From an uncultured Trueperaceae bacterium (GTDB lineage: Bacteria > Deinococcota > Deinococci > Deinococcales > Trueperaceae): a stretch of 64,000 nucleotides of DNA. Position 1 is the stretch's first letter. Every line of letters starts with the position of its first letter. Location of the stretch: assembly GCA_963815215.1 (NCBI GenBank), contig CAWFFU010000011.1, positions 320,001-384,000 on the forward strand, in the 5' to 3' direction. The translations under genes were made by a program, and so were the position numbers. Below, piece by piece: positions 22,061 to 31,589 of this stretch. Under the pieces are notes generated by a model. It had not been told where the DNA came from. It searched no databases and was given only the letters and a program-made list of their open reading frames with translations.

Positions 22061-22762
22061 CTACTCGCTGGCTTCGTCGAGGAACTGCTGCAACCGCCCC
22101 ACGTGCACCGTGATGGGCGCACGCCGGCGACGCACCGCCCCGTACTCGAGCAACCGCGCCAGGCAGTGGCTGACGGTCTCGCGGGTGGCGCCGATCATCT
22201 TGGCAAGGTCCTGCTGGGTGAGGTTGAGGTCGATCACGGTGCCGCGGTCGCCCGTCACACCGAAGTCGTTGGCGAGCCTGAGCAGCAGGTTGGCCAGGCG
22301 GCCGGGCGCGTCGAACGCGCCCACCTCGGCCTGCCACTGCTGAGCCTGCCACAGGCGCGTGCTCATCACCTGGATGAACTTCATGGCGATCTTCGGGTAC
22401 TGCACCAGTAGACGCTGGAAGTCCTCCTCGGGCATGACGATGAGGGTGGTGTCGACCACCGCCTCCGCCTGGTTGGGCCTTCGCTCGCTCTTGAGGAGCA
22501 GCAGCTCCCCGAAGATGTCGTACTGACCGAGGAGCCCGAGGATCATCTCCTTGCCGTTGGGGAAGTACATGGAGATCTTCACCATGCCGTCGCGGATGAA
22601 GTACAGCGCGTCGGCCGGGTCCTCCATGTGGTAGATGATCTCGCCCGCCGCGAACCGCTTGTAGGGGGTGATCCGCGACAGCTGCTCGAGTTCGTCCGCC
22701 GACAGGTCCTCGAACAGCTGGGTGTTCTTCAGGTGCCACACCAAGCTCGGATATTCATGCAT
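22061..22762 (-). CDS. Crp/Fnr family transcriptional regulator
   Basis: LFEDLS, YDIFGE, LTQQDLAKMIGATRETVS HTH. Confidence 0.92.
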   Translation of the reverse strand: MHEYPSLVWHLKNTQLFEDLSADELEQLSRITPYKRFAAGEIIYHMEDPADALYFIRDGMVKISMYFPNGKEMILGLLGQYDIFGELLLLKSERRPNQAEAVVDTTLIVMPEEDFQRLLVQYPKIAMKFIQVMSTRLWQAQQWQAEVGAFDAPGRLANLLLRLANDFGVTGDRGTVIDLNLTQQDLAKMIGATRETVSHCLARLLEYGAVRRRRAPITVHVGRLQQFLDEASE

Positions 22763-22870
22763 CTAGCGCAGTCTACACGACGCGCTGCACGGGGTAAAGC
22801 ACATCGCAACGCGAGGGGAACCGTGTGGGGCGGGCCTCGTGGGCCCGTTCACGGCTCTGGACGACCGCCG

Positions 22871-23926
22871 TCACGGCTCGATAGGGGCCAGCAAGTACGC
22901 CTCCAGCAGCGCCGCGGTGCGTTCGATCGCCTTGCGGTGCGTGCGCTCGTAGCTGTGGGAGGCGTCGACGCCGGGTCCGATCAGAGCCGCGCGATGGTTG
23001 CCGCCGGCGCGCCAGGAGGCGGTGGCGTCGGAGGCGTAGTACGGGTAGATGTCGATCTTGAGGGGGATGTCGTGCTCATGCGCCAGCCGCCGTAGGCGCC
23101 GGTTCATCCCGTAGTCGTAGGGACCGCCCGAATCCTTGACGCACAGCGTCACGTCGTACTCGGTGCTGGTCTGCCCCTCCCCTACCGCGGCCATGTCGAT
23201 GCACAGCAGTTCCTCGACCTCAGCCGGGATGCCGGTGGCCGCGCCGTGCCCCACCTCCTCGTAGTTGGAGACGAAGAAGTGGGTATCGCCGTCGGGCTTC
23301 ACCTTGCCGGCCACGAAGGCGCGGGTGACCGCCAGCGCGACCGCCACGGCCGCCTTGTTGTCGAGATGCCGGCCCTTCACGAAGCCAGACTCGGTGGCGC
23401 GCGGCGCGCTGTCGAACGACACCGCGTCCCCCACCTCGATCCCGAGCGCCCGCACCTCGTCCGCGCTGTTCGCCTCCAGGTCGAGCCGCACCTCCATGGT
23501 GCCTTCGTCGCGCTTGAGGTCGCGCAGCTCCGGACCGTGGACGTGCGAAGACTGCTTGGTGTTCACTACCGTGCCGCTGACGGCGCGCCCGTCCTCGGTG
23601 TGCACCACGCACTCCGCGCCCTCGATGGTCGCCCAGTCGTAACCGCCGATCGGGCTCAGCCTGATGCGGCCGCCGGCCTTGATCTCCTTGACCATCGCGC
23701 CCAGTGTGTCGATGTGGCTGGCTACGGCGCGAACCGCGCCGCCCTTGCCCTCCAACGTCCACAGCAGGGCGCCCTTCGGTGTGCGGCGGGCGCCCACCCC
23801 CAACGTGTCGAGCTCCGCCTCCACCGCCGCCAGGGCGCGTTCCGTGAAGCCCGTGGGCGACGGGGTCGCCAGGAGCTCGAGTAGGATGCGCAGGCCGTCT
23901 TCGATATCCACCCCAGGTAGGCTCAT
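22871..23926 (-). CDS. M42 family metallopeptidase
   Basis: PSPTG, SHIDTLG, GRHLDNK, NYEEVGHG, CIDM, SHSYER. Confidence 0.9.
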   Translation of the reverse strand: MSLPGVDIEDGLRILLELLATPSPTGFTERALAAVEAELDTLGVGARRTPKGALLWTLEGKGGAVRAVASHIDTLGAMVKEIKAGGRIRLSPIGGYDWATIEGAECVVHTEDGRAVSGTVVNTKQSSHVHGPELRDLKRDEGTMEVRLDLEANSADEVRALGIEVGDAVSFDSAPRATESGFVKGRHLDNKAAVAVALAVTRAFVAGKVKPDGDTHFFVSNYEEVGHGAATGIPAEVEELLCIDMAAVGEGQTSTEYDVTLCVKDSGGPYDYGMNRRLRRLAHEHDIPLKIDIYPYYASDATASWRAGGNHRAALIGPGVDASHSYERTHRKAIERTAALLEAYLLAPIEP

Positions 23927-23973
23927 GCGCTCCATGGTAATCCGGCGACGGGGAGGGCTGCAGCGGTGCTGGC

Positions 23974-24348
23974 TCAGCGTTCCTCGGCCGAGACCTGCGC
24001 CTCGCTCCCCAGCGCCCCCCAGTCGTCCACGCTGCCCTCCTCCTGGAACCACGGCAGACCGCGCAGGTAGGCCGAGCGCGCGATCATGTACCCCGACAGG
24101 GGCGCGGTCAGGAAGAAGAAGCCGGCGATGAGCAGGACCCGCGGGGTGCCGTCGACCGGGAAGAAGGCGATGGCGGCGCCGGCGAAGATCCCCAAGCCGC
24201 CCAGCGTCACCAGCTTGGTGGCGGCGTGCAGGCGGGTGTAGACGTCGGGGAAGCGGACCAGGCCCACCGCCGCGGCCAGCAGGAAGATGCAGCCGAGCAA
24301 TACCAGCACCTGCGCAACGGGGTGGCCGTCGAGCGCCGAGCCGTTCAT
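23974..24348 (-). CDS. mrpG: Mrp Na+/H+ antiporter subunit G
   Basis: GLVRFPDVYTRLHAATK; last gene of the mrp operon. Confidence 0.92.
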   Translation of the reverse strand: MNGSALDGHPVAQVLVLLGCIFLLAAAVGLVRFPDVYTRLHAATKLVTLGGLGIFAGAAIAFFPVDGTPRVLLIAGFFFLTAPLSGYMIARSAYLRGLPWFQEEGSVDDWGALGSEAQVSAEER

Positions 24349-24635
24349 CGCATCACTCGTCCGCGGAGCAGGTACCGCGCCAGCGCCACGGTGCTCAAGA
24401 AGCCCAGGATGGAGATGATCAGGGCGGCGTCGAGCAGCGAGGTGTAACCGGTGCGCAGCGCGGCCACCACCACCATCACGGCGAGGTTGACGGTGAGGAA
24501 ATCGAAGGCGGTCACGCGGTCGCCCCAGGTGGGACCGCGCACCACGCGATAGGTGGCGAGCACGCCCGAGATGGCGAGGCTGACGATGGCGACATCGATC
24601 ACCACGGTGAGGGTCCTCCCGGCCGGGGCCGGCAC
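24345..24635 (-). CDS. mrpF: Mrp Na+/H+ antiporter subunit F
   Basis: RVVRGPTWGDRVTAFD, GFLSTVALARY; start uncertain. Confidence 0.9.
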   Translation of the reverse strand: MPAPAGRTLTVVIDVAIVSLAISGVLATYRVVRGPTWGDRVTAFDFLTVNLAVMVVVAALRTGYTSLLDAALIISILGFLSTVALARYLLRGRVMR

Positions 24636-24654
24636 CCGGCCGCGCCGAGCGCGG

Positions 24655-25122
24655 TCACGACATGAACCCCAGGATCAGCCGCTCGATGCGCTGCACGCTG
24701 GCGCGCGAGCGTTCCGGATCGGCCTGCAAGATGGCGTGGGCGTAGAGCCAGCCCCGGTCGTCGGACACGCCCATCGCGACCGTTCCCGGCAGTAGCGTGA
24801 TGGCGGCGGACAGCAACGAGATGGCGGCGTCGCTCCGGAGGCGCAGCGGCACCGCGATGATGTGCGGGTGGTAGCGGGGCCTGGGCCGGACCGCCAGCAG
24901 GGCCACCATCACGTTGGAGGTGACCAGCTCCCACAGGAAGCTCACCGTGAAGCGCGCCAGCGCCGCCAGCCGGCGCGGGAACGAGCGCTCGCGTTCGCGC
25001 TCCACCACGCTCAGCAGCAGCACACCGAGCAGCGCGCCGACGACCAGGTTGACGGCGGTCAGCTGCCCCATCAGGAAGCTCCACATGAGCGCCATGCCAA
25101 GTACCGCCAGCAGCGAACCCAT
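24655..25122 (-). CDS. mrpE: Mrp Na+/H+ antiporter subunit E
   Basis: ITLLPGT motif, LYAHA. Confidence 0.9.
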   Translation of the reverse strand: MGSLLAVLGMALMWSFLMGQLTAVNLVVGALLGVLLLSVVERERERSFPRRLAALARFTVSFLWELVTSNVMVALLAVRPRPRYHPHIIAVPLRLRSDAAISLLSAAITLLPGTVAMGVSDDRGWLYAHAILQADPERSRASVQRIERLILGFMS

Positions 25123-25125
25123 GGC

Positions 25126-26658
25126 TCAGTGTGCCCCTTCCCGCGGCGGCGCGTCCGGGACCAGCACGGCGGCGCGGTAGGCGGCGTTGCCGTCGAGTTG
25201 AGTGGCCACCCGCCCGCACAGCCCGTACAGCGGTCCGGCGAAGACCGCCAGCGACAGCAGCAACGCCACCGCCACCGCCGTCACCCCGCTCATCGCGCGC
25301 GGGATGGCGACCCGGTGGACGGCATCGGCCTCGCCCCAGAAGAACTCGCGCCAGATGCGCATGGTGGCGTAGAGCAGTAACAGCCCGGTCAGCACAGCGG
25401 CGGTCGCCACCGTCACCGGCAGCCAGGCCCCCGTCGCAAGCATCGCTCGCACCAGTGCGAACTTGCCGATGAAACCGCTGGTAGGCGGCAGCCCCGTCAG
25501 CGCCAGCGCGGCCGTGAAGTAGCCCGCACCGAGCCAGGGGTAGAGCCCCAGATGCCCGTGTTCGCGGTAGCGCGGGCCGGCGATGCGCTCCGCCAGCGCC
25601 GCCACCAGGAACAGCACGAAGATGACCGCGACCGAGTTGAGCAGGTAGTACAGCGCCGCCGTCATGCCCCCGTGCGTGCCGATGAACACGCCGGCCACCA
25701 GGTACCCGATGCTGGCGACGTTGGCGAAGGCCATGGCGTGACGCCAACGCCGGCGGGCCACGGCGCCCAGCGCGCCCACCAGCATCGTGACTCCGGCAAG
25801 GGCGAGCAGCAGCGTCGGCACGGCGTGCTCGCTCGGGAACATCAGCGTGAAGGTCCGCAGCAACGCGTACACACCCACCTTGGTCAGCACCGCGGCGAAG
25901 TAGGCGCTGACGGCCGCCGGCGGGACCGGGTAGCTGTCGGGCAGCCAGAAGCCGAGCGGGAAGACAGCCGCCTTGGTGGCGAACACCAGCGCCAGTAGCG
26001 CCGCCAGCAGGGTGATGCGCAGGTCGCCGCCGTGAGCGCTCACCCGCTCGGCGATGTCGGCCATGTTGAGACTGCCCACCAGCCCGTACACCATGCCGGC
26101 GGTGACGACGAACACAGAGGAGGCCATGAGGTTGATGACGACGTACTTGAAGCCCTCGCGCAGCTGCGGCAACTCGCCGCCCAGCAGGAGCAGGCCGTAC
26201 GACGCCAGTAGCATCACCTCGAAGGCCACGAACAGGTTGAAGAGGTCCCCGGTGAGGAAGCACATGTTCACGCCCATGAACAGGAACTGCAGCAGCGCCT
26301 GAGCGCCGAAGGCGTCGCGAGCACGGTTCAGCAGAGCGCTGTCGCCCCGCACCGGGGCGTGCTGCAGGCTCGAGCCCGCGAACACCACCGTGAGCAGGCC
26401 CAGCACGTTGGCCGCCAGCAGCAGCAGCCCCGCCAGCCCATCGGCCGCCAGCGTGATGCCGAACGGCGCCGCCCACGCCGCCATCTGCACCACCAGGACC
26501 TCACCGTGGAAAGTCCGCACGGCGATGGCGATCGACACCGCCAGGGTGGCCGCCGAAACGGCGGTCGACACCCACCGCCGCACCAGGCTGCGGCGCACCA
26601 GCAGCAGCACCGATCCCCCGAACAGCGGTAACAACACCGGCCACGCCAGCACGTTCAC
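25126..26658 (-). CDS. mrpD: Mrp Na+/H+ antiporter subunit D
   Basis: WAAPFGITL, DLFNLFVAFEVML, KAAVFPLGFWLPDSY, LTKVGVY; GTG start overlapping the mrpC stop. Confidence 0.93.
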   Translation of the reverse strand: MNVLAWPVLLPLFGGSVLLLVRRSLVRRWVSTAVSAATLAVSIAIAVRTFHGEVLVVQMAAWAAPFGITLAADGLAGLLLLAANVLGLLTVVFAGSSLQHAPVRGDSALLNRARDAFGAQALLQFLFMGVNMCFLTGDLFNLFVAFEVMLLASYGLLLLGGELPQLREGFKYVVINLMASSVFVVTAGMVYGLVGSLNMADIAERVSAHGGDLRITLLAALLALVFATKAAVFPLGFWLPDSYPVPPAAVSAYFAAVLTKVGVYALLRTFTLMFPSEHAVPTLLLALAGVTMLVGALGAVARRRWRHAMAFANVASIGYLVAGVFIGTHGGMTAALYYLLNSVAVIFVLFLVAALAERIAGPRYREHGHLGLYPWLGAGYFTAALALTGLPPTSGFIGKFALVRAMLATGAWLPVTVATAAVLTGLLLLYATMRIWREFFWGEADAVHRVAIPRAMSGVTAVAVALLLSLAVFAGPLYGLCGRVATQLDGNAAYRAAVLVPDAPPREGAH

Positions 26659-27086
26659 GGGGCGCCCTCCTCGTCGACGTCGGCGGCGGTGCCGATCTCC
26701 GGCGACACCGACGGGTACTCGGGATCGGCGTAGACGATCGGGCTGCGCACCGGGTCGGGACGGTCGGCCAGCTCCTGCACGTGATCGGTGCCGGTGACCT
26801 GGTAGGCGCGAAGCGCCAGCACCAGCAGCAGCGCCGTGGTCGCGAAGCTGATGACGATAGCGGTGAGGATCAGCGCCTGCGGCAGCGGGTCGTTGTACGG
26901 CCCGGCGAGTTGCAGCAGCGGCGGTGCGTCGCGACGCTCGCCCTCGCCCGCCAACAGGATGGCGATGTTGACGCCGTAGGAGATGAAGGAGGCACCCAGG
27001 ATCAGCCGGATGAGGGCGCGCGACAGCACCAGGAACACCCCGGCTCCGATGAGCAGCGCGGCCAGCAAGGGCAACAGCAGCTCCAT
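26655..27086 (-). CDS. mrpC: Mrp Na+/H+ antiporter subunit C
   Basis: DPLPQALILTAIVISF. Confidence 0.94.
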   Translation of the reverse strand: MELLLPLLAALLIGAGVFLVLSRALIRLILGASFISYGVNIAILLAGEGERRDAPPLLQLAGPYNDPLPQALILTAIVISFATTALLLVLALRAYQVTGTDHVQELADRPDPVRSPIVYADPEYPSVSPEIGTAADVDEEGAP

Positions 27087-27586
27087 CAGCGCTCACCCCC
27101 GTCCTGATGCCGGCCGCCCTCGGGGTCCCGGGGCGGGGTCGGCGACTTGCCGCGCTCCCTCAGCTCCGCCAGACCGCCCTCCTCGGCCAGCAGATCGATG
27201 ATGGTGACGGTGGCGCCGACCACCACCAGGAACACGCCGAAGTCGAACAGCGACGCGCTGGTCCAGTCGAAGGTACCGATGCCCGGGAGCCGCAGCGTGC
27301 CGTGATCGCTGGTCAGGAAGGGGCGTCCGGTGAGCATGGGGGCGACGCCGGTGGCCAGCGCCACCAGCAACCCCACCGGCATGAGCACGTCGCTGCGGAT
27401 GCGCAGCAGACCGCGCCGGCGGGCCATGCGCACCAGCAGCCCGGCCGCCGCCACGATCAGCCCGGCGATGAAGCCGCCGCCCGGAGCGTTGTGGCCGCGC
27501 AGGAAGAAGTTGAAGCCGAGGGCCAAGAGCGCGAACACGATCGGCGTCACCAGGGTGCGGAAGAAGATGTCGGGTCCCTTGCTCAC
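27086..27586 (-). CDS. mrpB: Mrp Na+/H+ antiporter subunit B
   Basis: RGHNAPGGGFIAGL, LFDFGVFLVVVG. Confidence 0.93.
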   Translation of the reverse strand: MSKGPDIFFRTLVTPIVFALLALGFNFFLRGHNAPGGGFIAGLIVAAAGLLVRMARRRGLLRIRSDVLMPVGLLVALATGVAPMLTGRPFLTSDHGTLRLPGIGTFDWTSASLFDFGVFLVVVGATVTIIDLLAEEGGLAELRERGKSPTPPRDPEGGRHQDGGER

Positions 27587-29913
27587 GGCCGCGCCCCCTG
27601 CGACCCGTCGCCGTCGGCCGGCGGCCCTTCGTCGGGGGGCGTCTCGCGCTCGGCCGGCTGCTGCGTCTGCAGCCGCAGCAGCGCCAGCACGCTCGACGCA
27701 GCGATGACGAGCACAGCGATCTCACCCATGGTGTCGTAGCCGCGGAAGTCGACCAGGATCGTGTTCACGACGTTGGCTCCGCCGGCCAGCGTCTTGCTGA
27801 AGCGCAGGAAGAACTCGGCGATGCGCGGAGCGATCGGCTGTTGCACCGACACCAGCAGCGTGAACACGGTGGCCCCCACCGCCACGGCGATCACGCCGTC
27901 GAGCGCCCCGAGCGCCGGTGGGCGCGTGTAGCGGCGCATCGCCGGCAGGAAGCGGAACACCGACAGGAACAGGATGACGGTGACGGTGTCGATCAGTAGC
28001 TGGGTGAGCGCCAGATCGGGCGCGTGCAGCAGCACGAAGATCAGCGTCGAGGCCACGCCGGCCAGCCCCAGGTAGATGAGGGCGGAGAGCCGCGAACGGG
28101 TCAGCAGCGTTCCGCCGATCCCGGCGATCACCAGGCCGGTGGCCAGCGCCATGTCGACCGGCACCGCCGACAGCGTCGGCAGCACCACCCTGTACCCCTG
28201 GAACGCGCCGACCGCCGCGACCGCCACGAACAGGACGCGCAGGTGGGTGGCGAACGAAGCGCCCTGGGTGGCGCGCGTGAAGGAGCCGGCGAAGCGCTCC
28301 AGGCCGGCCAGCACGCCGTAGTAGACGGTGTTGGCGTTCCACCTCGGCGTGATGGCCTCCTGCAGGCGCGTGAAGCGGTCGCGCCCGAAGTGCAGCGCCA
28401 CCCCCACGGTCCACGTCAGCAGCGACAGCGCGAGCGTCGAGGAGAAGCCGTGCCAGAGCGCCAGCGGCTCGGGGTGGAAGCCGAGGCCGGGCGCGGCGAG
28501 GTCGGTGAGGGCGGTCGCCAGCGTCCCCTGCGGGGGTACCAGCCCGAACGCCACCACCGCCACCGTCAGCGGCAGCACCGGCAGCCAGAAGGCGGCGCGG
28601 GGACGGTGCACGTCGGGAGCCTCGGCGCGGTAGGGGCCGAAGAACACCGACAGGAAGCGCAGACTGTAGGCGAAGGTCATCACACTCCCCGTCACCGCCA
28701 GGGTCGCGGCGATCCACCCTTGCTGCTGCATCGCTTCGTAGAACAGCTCCTTCGACACGAACCCGCCGAAGGGGGGCACCCCGGCCATCGACAACGCCGC
28801 AGGCACCGCCAGCAGCGCCGTGATCGGCAAGCGCCGGCCCAGCCCCGACAACGTACGGATGTCGCGGCTGCCGGTGACGTGATCGATGATCCCCACGACG
28901 AGGAACAGCGCCGCTTTGAAGGCCGCGTGGTTGACGAGGTGGGCGGTGGCGCCGAAGGGGTGGCCTGAAGCGTACATGGCGGTCAGGATGCCGAGCTGCG
29001 ACACCGTGGAGTAGGCGAGAAGCGCCTTGAGGTCGTTCTGCCGCAGCGCCAGATAGGAGCCCCAGAACATCGTCAGCAGGCCCGCGTACATGGCGACCTG
29101 CGCCAGCGTGGTGCCGTCGAGCAGGAACCCGAACTTCGCCAGCAGGAACACGCCCGCCTTGACCATGGTGGCCGAGTGCAGGAAGGCCGATACCGGCGTC
29201 GGCGCCTCCATGGCCGTGGGCAACCACAGGTGGAACGGGAGCTGCGCCGACTTGGTGAAGGCGGCCACCAGCACCAGCACCAGCGCCGGCACGAACATCG
29301 GGCTGCTCTTCAACGCCGCGACGTCGAGCCCCGAGACCGTGGAGCTGTGCCCGGCGATGCCGATGAGGGCGACCGCTACCAGCAGCGCCAGGCCTCCGAC
29401 GGCGGTCACCAGCAGCGCCTTGACCGCTCCGTCACGCGCCGCCGCACGGCTGTCCCAGAACCCCACGAGCAGGAACGAAGCGATCGAGGTGAGCTCCCAG
29501 AAGGCGAACAGAGCGATGAGGTTGTCCGACAGCACCAACCCGAGCATGGCGCCGCCGAAAGCCAGCAGGTAGCCGTAGAAGCGCCCGTGACGCTCACCGG
29601 GAACGAGGTACGAGGCGGCGTAGAGGGTGACCAGCACGCCGATCACCGCCACCATCAGGGCGAACAGCAGCGAGAAGCCGTCGGCCCGAAGCGTCAACCC
29701 CAGCCCCAGGTCCGGTACCCAGGTCAGGTTCGACGAGGCCGGCCGGCCACGGAGGGCCGGCGGCACCAAGGCGACGAGCGCCAAGGCCGGCACGAACGCC
29801 AGCCACAGCAGGTAGCCGCTGCGAGCGCGCAGGCGCGGACCCAGCAGCGGCGCCAGGCCCGCGCCCAGGAAGGGTGCGAGCACCGCCAGGGGGAGCAGGA
29901 TCGCGGCGCTCAC
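27583..29913 (-). CDS. mrpA: Mrp Na+/H+ antiporter subunit A
   Basis: FWELTS, KSAQLPFHLWLP.AMEAPTPVSA.LHSATMVKAG, APDLALTQ, NVVN.ILVDFRGYDT. Confidence 0.95.
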   Translation of the reverse strand: MSAAILLPLAVLAPFLGAGLAPLLGPRLRARSGYLLWLAFVPALALVALVPPALRGRPASSNLTWVPDLGLGLTLRADGFSLLFALMVAVIGVLVTLYAASYLVPGERHGRFYGYLLAFGGAMLGLVLSDNLIALFAFWELTSIASFLLVGFWDSRAAARDGAVKALLVTAVGGLALLVAVALIGIAGHSSTVSGLDVAALKSSPMFVPALVLVLVAAFTKSAQLPFHLWLPTAMEAPTPVSAFLHSATMVKAGVFLLAKFGFLLDGTTLAQVAMYAGLLTMFWGSYLALRQNDLKALLAYSTVSQLGILTAMYASGHPFGATAHLVNHAAFKAALFLVVGIIDHVTGSRDIRTLSGLGRRLPITALLAVPAALSMAGVPPFGGFVSKELFYEAMQQQGWIAATLAVTGSVMTFAYSLRFLSVFFGPYRAEAPDVHRPRAAFWLPVLPLTVAVVAFGLVPPQGTLATALTDLAAPGLGFHPEPLALWHGFSSTLALSLLTWTVGVALHFGRDRFTRLQEAITPRWNANTVYYGVLAGLERFAGSFTRATQGASFATHLRVLFVAVAAVGAFQGYRVVLPTLSAVPVDMALATGLVIAGIGGTLLTRSRLSALIYLGLAGVASTLIFVLLHAPDLALTQLLIDTVTVILFLSVFRFLPAMRRYTRPPALGALDGVIAVAVGATVFTLLVSVQQPIAPRIAEFFLRFSKTLAGGANVVNTILVDFRGYDTMGEIAVLVIAASSVLALLRLQTQQPAERETPPDEGPPADGDGSQGARP

Positions 29914-30005
29914 GATGGCGCGGCCCTCAGGCGCGCGCCTGGCGCCGCTCCGGGGAACGGATCACGGGAGGCGCGCCCCCGGCGCGCGTCTCTCGTCATG
30001 GTCCG

Positions 30006-31088
30006 CTACTGCCCCGTGCCGCCGCCGGAGGGTGCCGCGGTGGCGCCGGCACCCGTGGGCGCGCTCGCCTTGTTCGCGCGCATCGCATCCGACAGGGTGA
30101 TCAGGCGCTCGTAGCTGGCGAGCTGGGTGTAGTCCCCGACCTTGAGCCCGTCCACGAACAGGGTGGGCGTGCCGGTGAGGTGGAGCTGGGCCCCCGCCTC
30201 CTGATAGGCCTTGTCGATCCGCGCGCTGTAGGTGCCGTCCTTGATGCACTGGCTCACGCCGTCGGTGCTGAGTCCTGCGTCCGCGGCTATGCCGATCAGC
30301 GCCGACACCGGATCCGAAAGACCGCTCCAGCTGTCCTGGCTGGCGAAGAGCGCATCGTGATAGGTCCAGAACGACGCCGGGTCGTTGGCCGCCGTCACGC
30401 ACTCGGCCGCCTCGGCGGCGGTCATGGCGTTGGGGTGGATGGTCTTGAGCGGGAAGTAGTGGAACTCGAAGCGCACGTCGCCCTTCGCCAGCAGCTGCGC
30501 CTTGAGCTGCGGCAGCACGGTCTCGGCGAAGCGCGCACAGAACGGGCACTGGAAGTCGGAGAACTCCCGGATCACGTGCTTGGCGTCGGCCGGCCCGATG
30601 CTGTGCGCAGCCGGTGGGAAGGTGGCGGGATCGACCGTCTGCGGCTTGAGCGTGAAGTCGAGGTGGTACGAGGGGGCGTCGCCGGTGACGGTGAGGTTCA
30701 GCTCGAACTCCTCCACGCCGATGGACGTGGGCCCCTTGCCGGCGAGGTCACTCAGCCGCGTGCGGAAGAACTGCGCCGCAGGCGTGGCGATGCCCTGGCC
30801 GTACCCGGTCGCGGCACCGATCAGATCGGCGGCGAAGCGCACGTTGGCGTCGTTCATGACCCCGCTCCCGCTGACGGCCAGGGCGATGTCCGAGGCGCTC
30901 TCGACCTGGAAGTCGAAGCTGGAGGCCGCGGTGAACCCTCCCGCCGTGGCGGCCGGCTGGTAGCTCTTGAGCGCGTCGATGATGGTGGAGGGACGTTCGC
31001 CGATCGACGCAGCAGCGGTGGGCAGCAGTGCCCCGAGCGCGATGAGAGCCAGCAGCAACATCCGATGGAGGCGGGGCCGTGCGGTCAT
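30006..31088 (-). CDS. Exported DsbA-like thioredoxin-fold protein with extra N-terminal domain
   Basis: Signal peptide; EFSDFQCPFCA CXXC, FPL..IHP.A..AAEA..C, GTPTLFV. Confidence 0.87.
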   Translation of the reverse strand: MTARPRLHRMLLLALIALGALLPTAAASIGERPSTIIDALKSYQPAATAGGFTAASSFDFQVESASDIALAVSGSGVMNDANVRFAADLIGAATGYGQGIATPAAQFFRTRLSDLAGKGPTSIGVEEFELNLTVTGDAPSYHLDFTLKPQTVDPATFPPAAHSIGPADAKHVIREFSDFQCPFCARFAETVLPQLKAQLLAKGDVRFEFHYFPLKTIHPNAMTAAEAAECVTAANDPASFWTYHDALFASQDSWSGLSDPVSALIGIAADAGLSTDGVSQCIKDGTYSARIDKAYQEAGAQLHLTGTPTLFVDGLKVGDYTQLASYERLITLSDAMRANKASAPTGAGATAAPSGGGTGQ

Positions 31089-31513
31089 GAAGTCATCTCC
31101 TTCACGCCCCCGCCCTGGTCGGGCGGCGGGTCGTCGGTGAGCGGTAGGCGGCGGGCCCGAGTGACGCTCAGCAGCGCATCCACCGGCACGCGCAGCAGCA
31201 CGTCGTGCTCGCCTCCGCCACCGTAGACCACGCCGCTCTCGGGAACGCTCAGGCTATCGACCAGGGTGGGAAGTGGCGCGCGGTGGCCGAACGGCGGCAT
31301 CGAGCCGACAGCGTAGCCCGTGATGGCGCGCGTCCGTTCCGGCGAAGCGAGGCGCACGGAACGACGGCCGACGCCCAGCGCACGCGCCAGGGCGCGCGCC
31401 GCATCGGGCACGGTCGGGGTCGGCACACCCGGGTGGACCAGCTCCGCCGCCAGCTCGTGGTCGCGCAGGAAGGCCGCCAGGTCATGCTCGCTCAAGGACG
31501 TCGCACTCGGCAT
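31085..31513 (-). CDS. YbaK/EbsC family aminoacyl-tRNA editing domain protein, apparently internally deleted
   Basis: TPTVPDAARAL, VRLASPE..TGYAVGSMPPFGH, VYGGGG; the usual G..IVKSLVF..VLV..G..RVD segment is missing. Confidence 0.7.
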   Translation of the reverse strand: MPSATSLSEHDLAAFLRDHELAAELVHPGVPTPTVPDAARALARALGVGRRSVRLASPERTRAITGYAVGSMPPFGHRAPLPTLVDSLSVPESGVVYGGGGEHDVLLRVPVDALLSVTRARRLPLTDDPPPDQGGGVKEMTS

Positions 31514-31589
31514 GACGCCCAGTGTAGCCCCCCGTCGGGAGGCGCTCAAGGAAGCTCGTCCCGGCGGTACAGGACCCGGCCGCGCGCCG

